59,501 nucleotides of DNA from a virus (Duplodnaviria > Caudoviricetes), in the IMG/VR virus record IMGVR_UViG_3300025767_000017, positions 1 through 59,501 of that record; one strand, written 5' to 3'. The position numbers and the translations under genes are program-made. Positions 40,375 to 51,400 of this stretch are shown piece after piece. Each line of letters opens with the position of its first letter. Position 1 is the stretch's first letter. Under the pieces are notes generated by a model. It was not told the origin of the DNA, did not search any database, and was given only the letters and a program-made list of their open reading frames with translations.

Positions 40375-43300
40375 TAGTAACTAAAGCCTCCGCTTGATGT
40401 TGATGAAGTTGTTGTTGCACTTGTTATTCCTGTAGTTGCTGTGGTTACACTTGTGATAACTTTACCGCTAGCTTGTAATTCAGTAGCAGTTATTTCGTCG
40501 ATAATTTCTATATCTGAAACTTGAGCAGAACTTATAAAGATTTCATCTAATTCAGATTTAATTTCAAATAAACTTCCAAAAGATTGTGTTCCTTGTCTAG
40601 GTACAATAATTATACTAAATAGTCTCGGAGTTAACGAATTCATTATATAAGCACTAAGTTCTTGGAAGTAGAATGTTTCACCAAAGTCCCAATTTTCGAT
40701 AGCAAAAAATCTATTAATTGCTTCTATAATATCAGACTTTAGTTCATTTTCGTTAACTACTATATCTTTATTTCTTACAATTTTAAACTTTACTTGAAGA
40801 TCTACGTTGGCTTTGTTTCCAAATAGTATTTTATACTTAACCGGATGATAAATCATTTCGTCACTAATTGACTTAATTGCATTAATATCATTTCCGTAGG
40901 CTCTAAATAATTGATCATTACTGGCAGGCAGCGGCTTGACTGAAATTGCATTATTCACATACTTTCTCATTTCAGTATCATAATTTTTAGTTAACAAATA
41001 TGTATCAATAATATTACTTGCACTTGGATCAATTCTGTAATTTGAGTCTGCAACATGTACATAGTGAAACTTTAAGTTGCTTCTTCCAGTATATGCTTTA
41101 TAATTAGAATTTAGAGTTGTATTTCCTAATGCCTTGTTTAGTGTTTTAAATACTTTTTCTTCTAACAAATAAAATACTTGTCCTTCGTCGTGAAGACTAT
41201 ATGCTCCTATAGCATTTTCGTTTTGTCTAATTTTGATTTCACTAGTAGTATTTGCAAAGTATTTAAAATCTTCTGCGCCATCAGACGTAGTATATTTTTT
41301 TTGAAATATTATTTTGTCAGCATCTTCAACTAAACTATTAGTTGGGTCAACTATTACGTCAAATAAATCTAGATCATCTACAACACCGTCATCGTCAAGA
41401 TCAAAAAACTGTACTTGTATTTTTCTTGTATCTACATATCCTTCAATATCTCTATATGCATCGCTAATGGTCCATGTAAAATCTTTCGAATATGATTTAG
41501 TATCGCCCGGTACTGCATTAATGCTCAGGACATCTATTTTATCACGAACGATTTGACCAATTGACGGATCATAGATTTTATCAGCGCTATCAAAAAAGAA
41601 TCTAATCTCATTTTCACTTTCAAAAATATATCTCTGATTTCTATGTGTAATAGTATATTTTTCGCCGTTTGTTTTAAACCACAACATCCAACTTGCGTCT
41701 AAGTTTTCGCCAGTTATATCTCCTGATTTTCCTAATGAGAAACTATTAACTGTATTAATATTTTCAGCAAGTATTAATGCCCATGCTCTTGTTTCGACAT
41801 CGTATCGTAATGCAAAATCATTATAAGCAAATGTTTGATCGATGATTTGTACTTTTAAATCATCCACTAAAGTATTTGATATCTTAGGCATAACTTGTAC
41901 TATCAAACTTCCATCATTTATCACATCTGATAAAATAACATCTCCTACATTAGTTACACTAACTGTATCGCCTTCGCCTGATACGCTTACTACACTTGTC
42001 CATTTGTAAATTGATGCGCCTTTTTTATTAGCATTAGTAGTAAGTGTGCCGTCTGGGACATAATACTGTTGAACTCCTTGAGATGTGGCCGGAGCAGTAA
42101 ATTTAAGCATTGTTCCTGCTTCGACAAATCTTAAATTATTAGTTGTAAATGTTCCAACTTTAAATACAGAGTTAGTGTCAGACGACGAAGTAAATACTCC
42201 TGTATTTCTATTTGTAGATTGGTCGTAGTTTTTCCAAACTATACTTAGATCAGTTGTTAATATTTTTGGAAATTCACTAAAGTAAAAGTTTTTCAATGAT
42301 GATGATTCTATAATACCATTAATTGTATTATAAATAACGCCTTCAATATCACTCTGAGTTGCAAACGTAAAATCAGTTTTTGTCTCGTATATTTCTTTAT
42401 AAATTACGCCGTCGTCTGCAAAAAGACTTGTATTAGAATACTTTCCACTTGCATCTTTTAAATCAAAGTATCTACTAATACCGCTTGATATTCTGTTAGT
42501 GCTTTTTGTTTTAATAATATCTTGACTAATTGCCAATGGTCCAATATTATAATCTTCACCTGTAATTAAACGGTTTTGTGTATAATATGTAGTAGGTGCA
42601 TTTTGTTTAATACTTGCATTTGATTCAGTAGTGCTGCTGTTAGAAACTGTGTAGTTTAAACGCATACCTAATGTAAGTGTTTCAAGCGTACCATTTCTGC
42701 CTTGATAAGGAATTTCAATATTAACATTGCCGATAGAATTTGGTGTTATAACCATATTAGCATTAGCACTAGTTCTATAATATACCTTAAAGTTACCTGC
42801 TGGAAGGTTGCCAAAAACGCCGTCACTAAAAACTAAGTTAATTCTATCGCCAATTCTAGTAACAACAGAGAATATGTTTCTCACGCCTTCAAATAAGCTG
42901 TTGTAGATTATGTTATTGCCTTCAACGTTAGCTAATTTAGTCCACTGTGTTGTTTCAAAACCGTTAGAGTCTACATTGTAAAGCCAAACATCGTCGTTAT
43001 TAATGTTTTCAGAATCTACTGCAATTATTTGATTTGGAATAGGATTTGAAACACTAAACGGTCCAGAGTCTAGTCTTCCTTGACGGAAGTGCATAAAAAA
43101 TCCTGTATTATTAGAGCCGGCGCCTTGGCCGTCATCTCTAAACAAAAATGCAGGACTTGTACCAGGAAGCGGTGGTTCTTCTACAATACGAGTTCCTTGA
43201 ATGTCAGTACTTACTGCTTCAAATCGTGTGCTTACGCCTTCGATTTGTTTGCTGAACGGGTAGATTGCACTACCAGTGTTGGTTGCATTAAATCTATATT

Positions 43301-43856
43301 TTTGTGTTTGTACTCCGTCAATTTCTTGACTTTTTAATGGATTGCCTATAGAGTTTTGTACAGGTAGCGCTGCATTAAGAATTTTAATAAACTGTTCAAA
43401 ATAATTTAAGTTAGTTTGATCATTCCACTTAACAACTCTACCTGCAAGTTTTGCATTAGCACTATCTGTAATATTTTCAGTTGTTTTAACAGTTACAATT
43501 TTTAACAATCCATTTGCTGCTTGATTTCTGCGAGGATTATAAGATAACATACGTGCAAGACGTAGAATTGATTCTCTACGTTCTGCTGTTTCAAGGAAGT
43601 TTTCTCTAGCATTTAGGTCAATACGGAAAGACAAGTTTTGACCAAGGAATGCAATCATATCAATTAGCGCAAGATATTCGCTTGACTCAATATAATCATT
43701 AAAATCTTCTGGGTAATTTTGACGCAGATAATTGATCATTGTACGACGAAGATTGTCAAAGTCATAACTTTGGAAATCAGCGTTTCTAAATGATTGGTAA
43801 ATTCTTTTCCAGTCTTCAGTTACTAATAACCTTGACTGTCTATCGCTTGAAGACAT
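40374..43856 (-). CDS. gp6: Baseplate wedge subunit, gp6-like
   Basis: YDFDNLRRTMINYL...FNDY...ENFLETAERRESILRLARMLSYNP, FSDGVFGNLP, QNRLITGEDY; adjacent to gp25. Confidence 0.85.
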   Translation of the reverse strand: MSSSDRQSRLLVTEDWKRIYQSFRNADFQSYDFDNLRRTMINYLRQNYPEDFNDYIESSEYLALIDMIAFLGQNLSFRIDLNARENFLETAERRESILRLARMLSYNPRRNQAANGLLKIVTVKTTENITDSANAKLAGRVVKWNDQTNLNYFEQFIKILNAALPVQNSIGNPLKSQEIDGVQTQKYRFNATNTGSAIYPFSKQIEGVSTRFEAVSTDIQGTRIVEEPPLPGTSPAFLFRDDGQGAGSNNTGFFMHFRQGRLDSGPFSVSNPIPNQIIAVDSENINNDDVWLYNVDSNGFETTQWTKLANVEGNNIIYNSLFEGVRNIFSVVTRIGDRINLVFSDGVFGNLPAGNFKVYYRTSANANMVITPNSIGNVNIEIPYQGRNGTLETLTLGMRLNYTVSNSSTTESNASIKQNAPTTYYTQNRLITGEDYNIGPLAISQDIIKTKSTNRISSGISRYFDLKDASGKYSNTSLFADDGVIYKEIYETKTDFTFATQSDIEGVIYNTINGIIESSSLKNFYFSEFPKILTTDLSIVWKNYDQSTNRNTGVFTSSSDTNSVFKVGTFTTNNLRFVEAGTMLKFTAPATSQGVQQYYVPDGTLTTNANKKGASIYKWTSVVSVSGEGDTVSVTNVGDVILSDVINDGSLIVQVMPKISNTLVDDLKVQIIDQTFAYNDFALRYDVETRAWALILAENINTVNSFSLGKSGDITGENLDASWMLWFKTNGEKYTITHRNQRYIFESENEIRFFFDSADKIYDPSIGQIVRDKIDVLSINAVPGDTKSYSKDFTWTISDAYRDIEGYVDTRKIQVQFFDLDDDGVVDDLDLFDVIVDPTNSLVEDADKIIFQKKYTTSDGAEDFKYFANTTSEIKIRQNENAIGAYSLHDEGQVFYLLEEKVFKTLNKALGNTTLNSNYKAYTGRSNLKFHYVHVADSNYRIDPSASNIIDTYLLTKNYDTEMRKYVNNAISVKPLPASNDQLFRAYGNDINAIKSISDEMIYHPVKYKILFGNKANVDLQVKFKIVRNKDIVVNENELKSDIIEAINRFFAIENWDFGETFYFQELSAYIMNSLTPRLFSIIIVPRQGTQSFGSLFEIKSELDEIFISSAQVSDIEIIDEITATELQASGKVITSVTTATTGITSATTTSSTSSGGFSY

Positions 43857-43880
43857 GTACGTTTCCTTGTTTACTGATAA

Positions 43881-43888
43881 TATTTATC
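43881..43888 (-). promoter_or_regulatory. T4-like late promoter (GATAAATA)
   Basis: Intergenic motif upstream of an AAGGA SD and the gp6 start. Confidence 0.55.
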
Positions 43889-43921
43889 TTATAAGAAAAA
43901 GTGCGTATTTAATTTTTATCT

Positions 43922-44359
43922 TTAAAGAAGGCCGTTTTTTTGATCAAATTTAAATTTAAGTTGTTCAGAAATACTATAAGGAATATAGGATATTGAACAA
44001 TCAATGCTTATTCCTTGTTCGTACGTATCAACTACTATTTCGTTTGCTTGTATTCTAGGATCAAAGTTTACAATACTAGTAACATTTTGAACAATTGCTT
44101 CTTGAATAGCTGGCGTAAACGGTTCAAATAATAAGTCCCATATTATACATCCAAATGTAGGATCGCTTAATTTTTCACCTTGTCTTATATGGAAATGATT
44201 AATTAAATCTTGTTTAATGAGCTCAAGATCGTACAGTGAAAAACTGTTATTTGCAGAATTGGATGTACTAAATCCCCTATAGGCTCTACCAGCTACTGCT
44301 GGACGAGCTGTTGCAGGTACTGTAACACGTTGATAAAGATTTTTTTCTAAGCTACTCAT
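43922..44359 (-). CDS. gp25: Baseplate wedge subunit gp25 (GPW/gp25 family)
   Basis: IKQDLINHFHIRQGEKLSDPTFGCIIWDLLFEP...DPRI. Confidence 0.9.
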   Translation of the reverse strand: MSSLEKNLYQRVTVPATARPAVAGRAYRGFSTSNSANNSFSLYDLELIKQDLINHFHIRQGEKLSDPTFGCIIWDLLFEPFTPAIQEAIVQNVTSIVNFDPRIQANEIVVDTYEQGISIDCSISYIPYSISEQLKFKFDQKNGLL

Positions 44360-44371
44360 ACTATATTTACC

Positions 44372-47167
44372 CTACTGTGCATTATTATCTGTGCCATCAC
44401 TATTCTGATTTCCAGGTGTATTTACTTCATTATCTGTAATTTCTGGATCGTCTAAATCATTTCCTCTATCTTCATCGACAACAGGATATTCAGTTTCATT
44501 AGCATTTGCTGGACCTTTTGGTATTGTGCCATTTCTAGGAAAATTAAACGAGCCGCCCTCGCTGGTATGCGCACTAAAGTGCATAGCATCGTCTAGGCTT
44601 CTCCATGCGCCGCCCCAGCCTAAGCCATGTTTGTTGGCAATTGCTAGAGTATTTGCTGGCATGTCTGACATCGGAGCGTTAGCAGGCCTTGGTCTATACA
44701 TACCGTTTGGATATGTATTCATAACCGGATTTGGCCAGTTAATATCAATTGCGCCTCCCGAAGCGTGTACTGACCACGATCTACTGCCTCTAGCTTGACG
44801 TTTAGCATACCCGCCGAGTGCTTTAATTTCATAAACTTGTTCAAATTCATCTAAGAAGGCTTGGAAATTAGCAGCAAATACTTCTGCAACTTGACAACTC
44901 TTGCCAGATCTCTTAGCAGTAATTGTGACTAATTTACCTTCGCCGCCTGCAGGATCAAATGTATCTTCACTTAGCGGTGCTGCATTTCGAAGATTTAGAT
45001 TGCCATCACCGGTGCCTCCATCAAAATCAGCAACATTGCCGCCACTGCCGACAACTGTTCTACTGCTAGTATTAACAGCTTTATTTTTATTAAAGATATC
45101 AGGCGTTTCAATTCTATCTGAAGGAGTTAATGCACCAGGCAGTTCTCTGTCTGTTTCTTCCTTCTTAAATGCAACAGGATTCATATTTTCGTGATGAACG
45201 TATGGCTCGTGTGTAGGAGCCCTTGTAAGTATACTTTCGTATGGCACTGGTTGTTGTGCTCCGGGGAACATGTACGGCAATGTTATAGTAGTTAATGGTT
45301 CTATAGGAGTTGCATCTGTTGCATTAATAGATTTAGTAGCAGCCAGTGCTGTAATTGCTGCAACAGGATTTCCTCCTTCAGTTGCCGATGTAGCTGTTGC
45401 AGCTTCTGGGCCGTTAAGATTAATATTGCCGCCTTTGATTGTTGTATTTGCTGCTCCAACAGAAAAGTCGCCGGCGGCAGTATTTTTAATTGCTGCGCCT
45501 GATAGGTTATTAATTTCTGCTGCTGCATCTGTAAAGATTGATGCTGCTGAAATTGTGTTAATATTGCCAGTTGCCTCGTTATTAATAGTTTGTGCAGAAA
45601 TCACTGTATAATCAGCTGTAGATTGATGCCTTATATTAGAGTTTGATATTAAATGTACTTCACCTGTTACAGATTCGTGTTTATAACCTGCTATAATATT
45701 TTCTATATTTCCAGCAACATATGCTCTGCTGTCGCCTTCTGTAGTTGTTAAATTGTGTGCTGCTGTTTTAACAAAATGTATTCCTGCTGATAAGTCGTTT
45801 ATGTTGCTTGCAGATTCTCTAAACCACGAATAACCACTTTTTTCGTATACTGAGTTATCAGCTTGTAAAATATAATTTTTCTTAGCATGTAGATTGTAAT
45901 CATCGCCAACTGTAGTTTTCATCCCTAGTCCTACAACAGTATCCGATGTTCCTAGTATTGTTAGTTTATAATCTTTTCCTACGTGTATTTTTGTATTAAA
46001 TGCACTTTCAATGTGTACCCGGCCGCTTTCTTTATCATCAAACGTGCCTTGTCCATCACTCCATCGAGCAGATGCTTTCATGTTAATATTACGGCCTGCG
46101 TCAACATTAAAATCTCTTTCTGCTGTAAAGTTAATATCGTTATCAGATGCAATACTGATGCTATCTTGAGCATGAATGTCAATCTTACCATCACTAGTTA
46201 TTTCAATCCACGCTGTGCCGCGGGCATTGGAGATATAAATTAAATCTTCACTATTATGTAAAAGTATTTGATGCCCTGTGCGAGTTCTAAATCGCATAAG
46301 TTCATTGTGTGGAATAGTTTCGTCACCGCCTGCTTCACTATTAAGTTTATTAATATATAATGGAGGACCGTCTTCTGCATGGGTCGCACGAACAAACTTA
46401 TCGTTACCGTCATCCATTACAAAACTAGATCCGCCTAATCTGTTAAACGGTACATTTGCCTTCTTTCCACTTGCACCAATATCAACTCTAGGATTGCCTT
46501 GACGTTTATCTAAAGGTCCCGGCGTGTTAACACCAAAAACAGCACTTGGTATTTCTCTTCTTGCACTTGTGGTTGTTGTTCCTCTAGTTTCGTCAAACAA
46601 CAATCCTTGAACTTCTAATATATTAGTAAAGTCTTTGTTATAAGGCTTATTAAATAGCGTAGGATCAACTAATTCTCCTGTTTCTATTTTTTTATTATAT
46701 TCGCCTACTGGTAATTTTGCACCTTTTAAATTTTGTGGTGTTACTTCAGTTGTGCGCTGGGTGCTTGCTCGACCGTCTGGCACCATAAAATTCATATAGT
46801 CATCTGGAATACAACCTATCCAATAACCAAAGTTTGCGTTTCCTTCTGCAAATATTACAAGAACTCTAGAGCCAACATCAGGCGGAACCATCCACATGCC
46901 ATAGCTTTTTTGTGTGTTTTCGTATCCGTCATTTGCAGTAAGTCCAGCAGTTGGTGTCACTCCGTAAAATGGTGACAAATATCGCACATTCATAAGTTGT
47001 CCGCTACGTTCTGGAGTTCCGCCTGCGCCAGTATAGCGAATAATTTCAACTTCTAATCCACCCATATATTGTGTATCTAGGTGATTAATTACAACTGCCT
47101 CGTAAGGGCCGCTGTCTCGAATTTCAGTAACTCTAGTTGAGGAACGTGTGTAACTACCTTGTGCCAT
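44372..47167 (-). CDS. gp5: Baseplate hub/spike gp5-like protein with C-terminal M15 peptidase domain
   Basis: N-terminal OB-fold (GMWMVPPDVGSRVLVIF...YWIGC), RTRTGHQILL, beta-helix-like repeats, and C-terminal SVHASGGAIDIN...GWGGAW...DAMHF. Confidence 0.85.
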   Translation of the reverse strand: MAQGSYTRSSTRVTEIRDSGPYEAVVINHLDTQYMGGLEVEIIRYTGAGGTPERSGQLMNVRYLSPFYGVTPTAGLTANDGYENTQKSYGMWMVPPDVGSRVLVIFAEGNANFGYWIGCIPDDYMNFMVPDGRASTQRTTEVTPQNLKGAKLPVGEYNKKIETGELVDPTLFNKPYNKDFTNILEVQGLLFDETRGTTTTSARREIPSAVFGVNTPGPLDKRQGNPRVDIGASGKKANVPFNRLGGSSFVMDDGNDKFVRATHAEDGPPLYINKLNSEAGGDETIPHNELMRFRTRTGHQILLHNSEDLIYISNARGTAWIEITSDGKIDIHAQDSISIASDNDINFTAERDFNVDAGRNINMKASARWSDGQGTFDDKESGRVHIESAFNTKIHVGKDYKLTILGTSDTVVGLGMKTTVGDDYNLHAKKNYILQADNSVYEKSGYSWFRESASNINDLSAGIHFVKTAAHNLTTTEGDSRAYVAGNIENIIAGYKHESVTGEVHLISNSNIRHQSTADYTVISAQTINNEATGNINTISAASIFTDAAAEINNLSGAAIKNTAAGDFSVGAANTTIKGGNINLNGPEAATATSATEGGNPVAAITALAATKSINATDATPIEPLTTITLPYMFPGAQQPVPYESILTRAPTHEPYVHHENMNPVAFKKEETDRELPGALTPSDRIETPDIFNKNKAVNTSSRTVVGSGGNVADFDGGTGDGNLNLRNAAPLSEDTFDPAGGEGKLVTITAKRSGKSCQVAEVFAANFQAFLDEFEQVYEIKALGGYAKRQARGSRSWSVHASGGAIDINWPNPVMNTYPNGMYRPRPANAPMSDMPANTLAIANKHGLGWGGAWRSLDDAMHFSAHTSEGGSFNFPRNGTIPKGPANANETEYPVVDEDRGNDLDDPEITDNEVNTPGNQNSDGTDNNAQ

Positions 47168-47185
47168 TTAATCTTTCCATTATTA

Positions 47186-48421
47186 TCATAAGCCTCCAGA
47201 TACAAGACGTTGAATTTCTTGCGGTGTAAGTGTATCGCCGACTCCTAGTTTATTTACATCTCGATTAGAAGCTGCCCAGCTTGATTGTGATGCATTTGCT
47301 GCTGCGGCTGCTGCACCTGATGATGCAGTTGTTGCTGCGGCTGCTGCACCTGATGATGCAGTTGTTGCTACTTTTGCTATCGATACTGGTGCAGGACACG
47401 GCGCTTCTGGAACTGTCGGTGTCGGAGTCACAGGAGCGTTGCCTTCTAGTGCTTGCGTTTGTTCTGCTTCTGAAATCTGACTTGCTTCAGCTGTAGAAGT
47501 TTCAGGCACTGTAACACCAGGTGGTACAACACCAATATTAGTTGATGCAACATTAGATTGTCCAATATTAGTTTCAACATGAGGACTAGCAGCAGCAGCA
47601 CTTACTCCGTGTACTAGAATATCTTTAACTTTTTTACCAGTTCTAAAATCATATCGATCATCAAGAGGATCGATTACTTCGTACACATATACTGTTGTAC
47701 TTCCTGGCAATGTCGAACTAGAAACAGGTTGTGAGTTAGGACGTCCTTGGCCAGATACTGCTCCAACTCCGGCTCCTGCTGTTGATCTAGCAACTTGCGT
47801 TCTAGGAGATGTCCCTAGTTCAGGCAATGCACCACTCGGCCCCGAAGGTAATACATCAACTGTAGTTGATTCGCCAGTTCCTCCATTTAAAATATCATTT
47901 AATTGTTGATACAAGCTATCAGGATCATGATGAGCTTTGTTTAAGCCGTCGCCTGCATAATAACTTTGTCCTTTATTAACAACTCGACTTTGCCCTTGCA
48001 TTTGATACGGAACTGGTATACTAGCAAATTCTTGTGAAAGTTTAATCATAAATCGATCAGTTGTATAAGTGCCAGCAACCCATTCGTTTAACTTTCTATA
48101 TCTTTTTAAGATTGCTAAAATTAAATAGTCTTGTACATCAGGAGTGTAACGAGTTGTGAGGGGATCAATTTCAGCAACTCGTATTGCTTCGGTTAATGTT
48201 TTTTTAATAAATTGATAGCGCCCGCATGCTGTTGATTTATAACCTTGCTGAATTCGTTGATTTTGAAATCGCTGTACTTCTGAACAAGTCATTTGTACAA
48301 GCGAAGGTTCGCTTGTGCCAGGCCATAAACTTGTGTACGGATCTACACCGGCAGCAGCTTCACCTTTAGCAATTAGATTTAACAATGATTTTTCTTGATC
48401 AGTTATTGTTATTGTAGGCAT
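47186..48421 (-). CDS. Lysozyme/lytic transglycosylase-like virion protein (lambda R/GH24-GH104-like) with low-complexity C-terminus
   Basis: LLNLIAKGE...Y...STACGRYQFIKKTL...QD...LSQEFASIP. Start reassigned to ATG 48421 (GAGG SD, removes the overlap with the upstream gene). Confidence 0.75.
   Translation of the reverse strand: MPTITITDQEKSLLNLIAKGEAAAGVDPYTSLWPGTSEPSLVQMTCSEVQRFQNQRIQQGYKSTACGRYQFIKKTLTEAIRVAEIDPLTTRYTPDVQDYLILAILKRYRKLNEWVAGTYTTDRFMIKLSQEFASIPVPYQMQGQSRVVNKGQSYYAGDGLNKAHHDPDSLYQQLNDILNGGTGESTTVDVLPSGPSGALPELGTSPRTQVARSTAGAGVGAVSGQGRPNSQPVSSSTLPGSTTVYVYEVIDPLDDRYDFRTGKKVKDILVHGVSAAAASPHVETNIGQSNVASTNIGVVPPGVTVPETSTAEASQISEAEQTQALEGNAPVTPTPTVPEAPCPAPVSIAKVATTASSGAAAAATTASSGAAAAAANASQSSWAASNRDVNKLGVGDTLTPQEIQRLVSGGL
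47301..47366. repeat. Perfect 33-bp tandem duplication (encodes ATTASSGAAAA x2)
   Basis: GCTGCGGCTGCTGCACCTGATGATGCAGTTGTT at 47301-47333 and 47334-47366. Confidence 0.95.
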
Positions 48422-48435
48422 TGTATTATCCTCAC

Positions 48436-51400
48436 TTATTGTGGTCCATTGCCGGCGGCTGCTCTTGCTCTTAATCGTTCTTGACGAGCACGCCAAGCGT
48501 CTGCTTGATTTCTTGCCACTGTTCCTGGTGCAAGATTCCCAGAATTATTATTCACCGGTGCTGACGGGAATGTAGACTGATTTGGACTATATGCAAAACC
48601 TCCTATTTGAACAACTGGTTGAGAAAATGCTATGTCGTCGCCGCCGCTGGTAGAAGTAGCTGGGAATAAAGGTTGGCTCATTAGTAAATCCTCTGCTGAT
48701 GCTGTTAAATTATTAATTGCACTAATAGGAGAAGTAGTACTACACGGATTTACTGCTCCTGTTGTACTATTTACACTATTATTTGCTGCATTCGGAGATC
48801 CTGGTTCAGTATTAGCATTATTAATGCTCTTAGTACCATCAGCTTTAATTGCAGTTGTACTTTCTGTGGGCTCGTCATCTTGGCCGCGGCGCCTGATCAT
48901 TTTTAAATTTTGCGTAAATTTGCCTTTACTAAAAGTATTAGTTACTGCCCATATACTAAACAGTCCACTAAACTGCGGAACACGTTTTGGCATTTCCATA
49001 GTTGCTCCATTAACTTGATAATCAAACGGCGAATTAAAGTTAACTACACAAAATATTTCGCTTTGTAAATAATTCATAGTACCATCATCTAATACACTAG
49101 GATTTCCTGATGACTTGCCAACATAGTTTCCAGTTTGTTGTGGAAGGAAAAACGGATCTCCCCATATTTCCATTTCAGCAGTAACCATATCAACAGTTTG
49201 ATTTAGTAATGTATTGTGAAATTGTTCTGCAATTCTTAATTTTAGATCGCCACTTTCTGAACCAGTAGGATTGTCAAGTTCGTTGACTTCTTTCAGTTGA
49301 GCACCGGGTTCTCGTCGTTTAGCATTTGAAGTTTCAGCAGCAACTTCAGAACCTGTAGAATCATCACCAGCTTGAAAAGTTGCAACCTTGCTGCCACCTG
49401 TTGCAACAGTTGCAGCATTTTGTCCAAAGTTACTAAATGCTGTCATAAAGAATTGATTATTAAACTGTATATCAAAGTTTAATACATCTTCATTTTTTCC
49501 AGTATAAAAGTAATTGTATTGTTTAGGTGCTAATGCTTTTAACCCTTCGGTATTTTTAGGTCGCTGTGTTGTGCCAGTATGTTTTGCTTCGTCTGAATAA
49601 TACGGAATAATACTATATACATAAATCTTTGGAGACGATCCTACTTGGCGTTCAGCAGATGGATTATTATCTAAAAATACTTGTGTATCAATTTTAAACC
49701 ATTTTCTAACACCGTTAGTTGTTTCTTCTGTAGCGTTATCTCTTGCAAATTTACTCTTTTTAACAATTTTTTCAACAATACTAGTAATTGTTTCACCTTG
49801 TCGAAACTGTGTAGTTCTAGCCTTTTCTGCTTTACTAGTTTCTGCATTACTAATATCTACTACATCACCGTTCTCGTCATATGCTGCACTTTGGTCTGCT
49901 TGCGCTTCTTGCCCGCCGTCTGCTGTATTTTCTACTAATGTGCTTAGTCCAATTTCATTCATGTTGTTTGTATCGCTTGCATACGCCTTTAGTGTATTAA
50001 ACAATAAACTAGGAGCAGTTACAGAATTATTATCAATGCCGCTTTGCTTCCTTGCGGTACTAATATCACCATTTGCTTGTGCTAAACCTCTTTCTCGACG
50101 TTGCTGTTCAGCAGCATTAATAGTTAATGCAGTTTTTTCAGTAGCTACTTGATCTTTTAAATTACCAATTATATTAACTAATGCGTCTGGTGTTTTAGGA
50201 AATGCAATAATAAATCTATCGCCAGACACAATTGTTTTAGCTTGTTCAAGTTCTTGCACTCGTTCATTAAACACTGCCATTACACTTTTTTCATCGCCAT
50301 TTAATACTTCGTGTACTACTGCGCCTGTGACATTAATTTGTGTTTTTGATTTTTGAACATTGTCGTCTAATCCGCTTTCACTGTATGGAACAGCTTGCAC
50401 AGCATATTCGCTACCCTTGGCTTGAACCGAAAAGTCTACCTTAGTAATCATTATAGGAATGTAAATAGGGTTAGCAACTTCCCTACTAGAATTTTTACCG
50501 TATTCGTCATATCCAATAAAGTCAATTTTTAAACAGAAGGGAGCATTTATATAATTTGCATAACCTAATTCCGCTGCCGAACCAATGAGTGCTTCAATAA
50601 ATCCTCCCATACTGTACGGCTCTACAACATCAAATTTTATAGCAGACCCCAACGCAGTGCCAGTATTAGCGTTAGGAGCAATAACTGCATCAATATCTAA
50701 ATTATCAATGTAATATTCTGCATGACTAGTAATAGCATCTCCGAAATCACTATACGTGTTTCCAGCTGTTTCGTCAAATATTTGATAACGCTTGTCTAAG
50801 TTGCCACCACTAGATTTAATAATATAATTTTGTACAAAATCTCCAGAGCTTCGATATACTCCAGGATAATTGAACTCTTCTGAATTTAAGATACCTAATG
50901 TAATTACATAATTATAATGATTGTGTTCTCGCAAAGGATTTGGAATTTTACTAGCTGCGGCGCCTTTGTTAACAACTATATTGCCGCCTGCTGCTACACC
51001 TGCTGTGTCCCAAGGCGATTTAAACGAAAGATCTAAGTAGTCGGCATATGGATTAATTGATTGTTGTGTTTCAATAAGTTGTCGAAGCTTATCAAACTCT
51101 CCGCCGACTGCTCCTACTAATTGTGACACATCTTGAGCAAGGACAGAAATTGGATTTGATATTAAATTACCAAAGTTAGAAAAGCTGCCTACTAACGAAT
51201 TTAGGTTACCAATATCAAACCCGTTAAATTGTGAAATTTTTGACGATATAGAAGAAATACTTGAGCCAAATTCGCTCGATACTCTACTTAAAGTACCAGT
51301 AACACCTTGTATTGTGCCCAATGCATTAGTAATTCCTGCAATATTTCCTCCCAGCGGAGACTGGAATCCACTTGATAATCTAGCATTTACATTAGTAGTT

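Noticed and set aside
48422-48496. ORF-track N-terminal extension of the lysozyme-like gene
   Set aside because: It overlaps the upstream gene; the GAGG SD supports ATG 48421.
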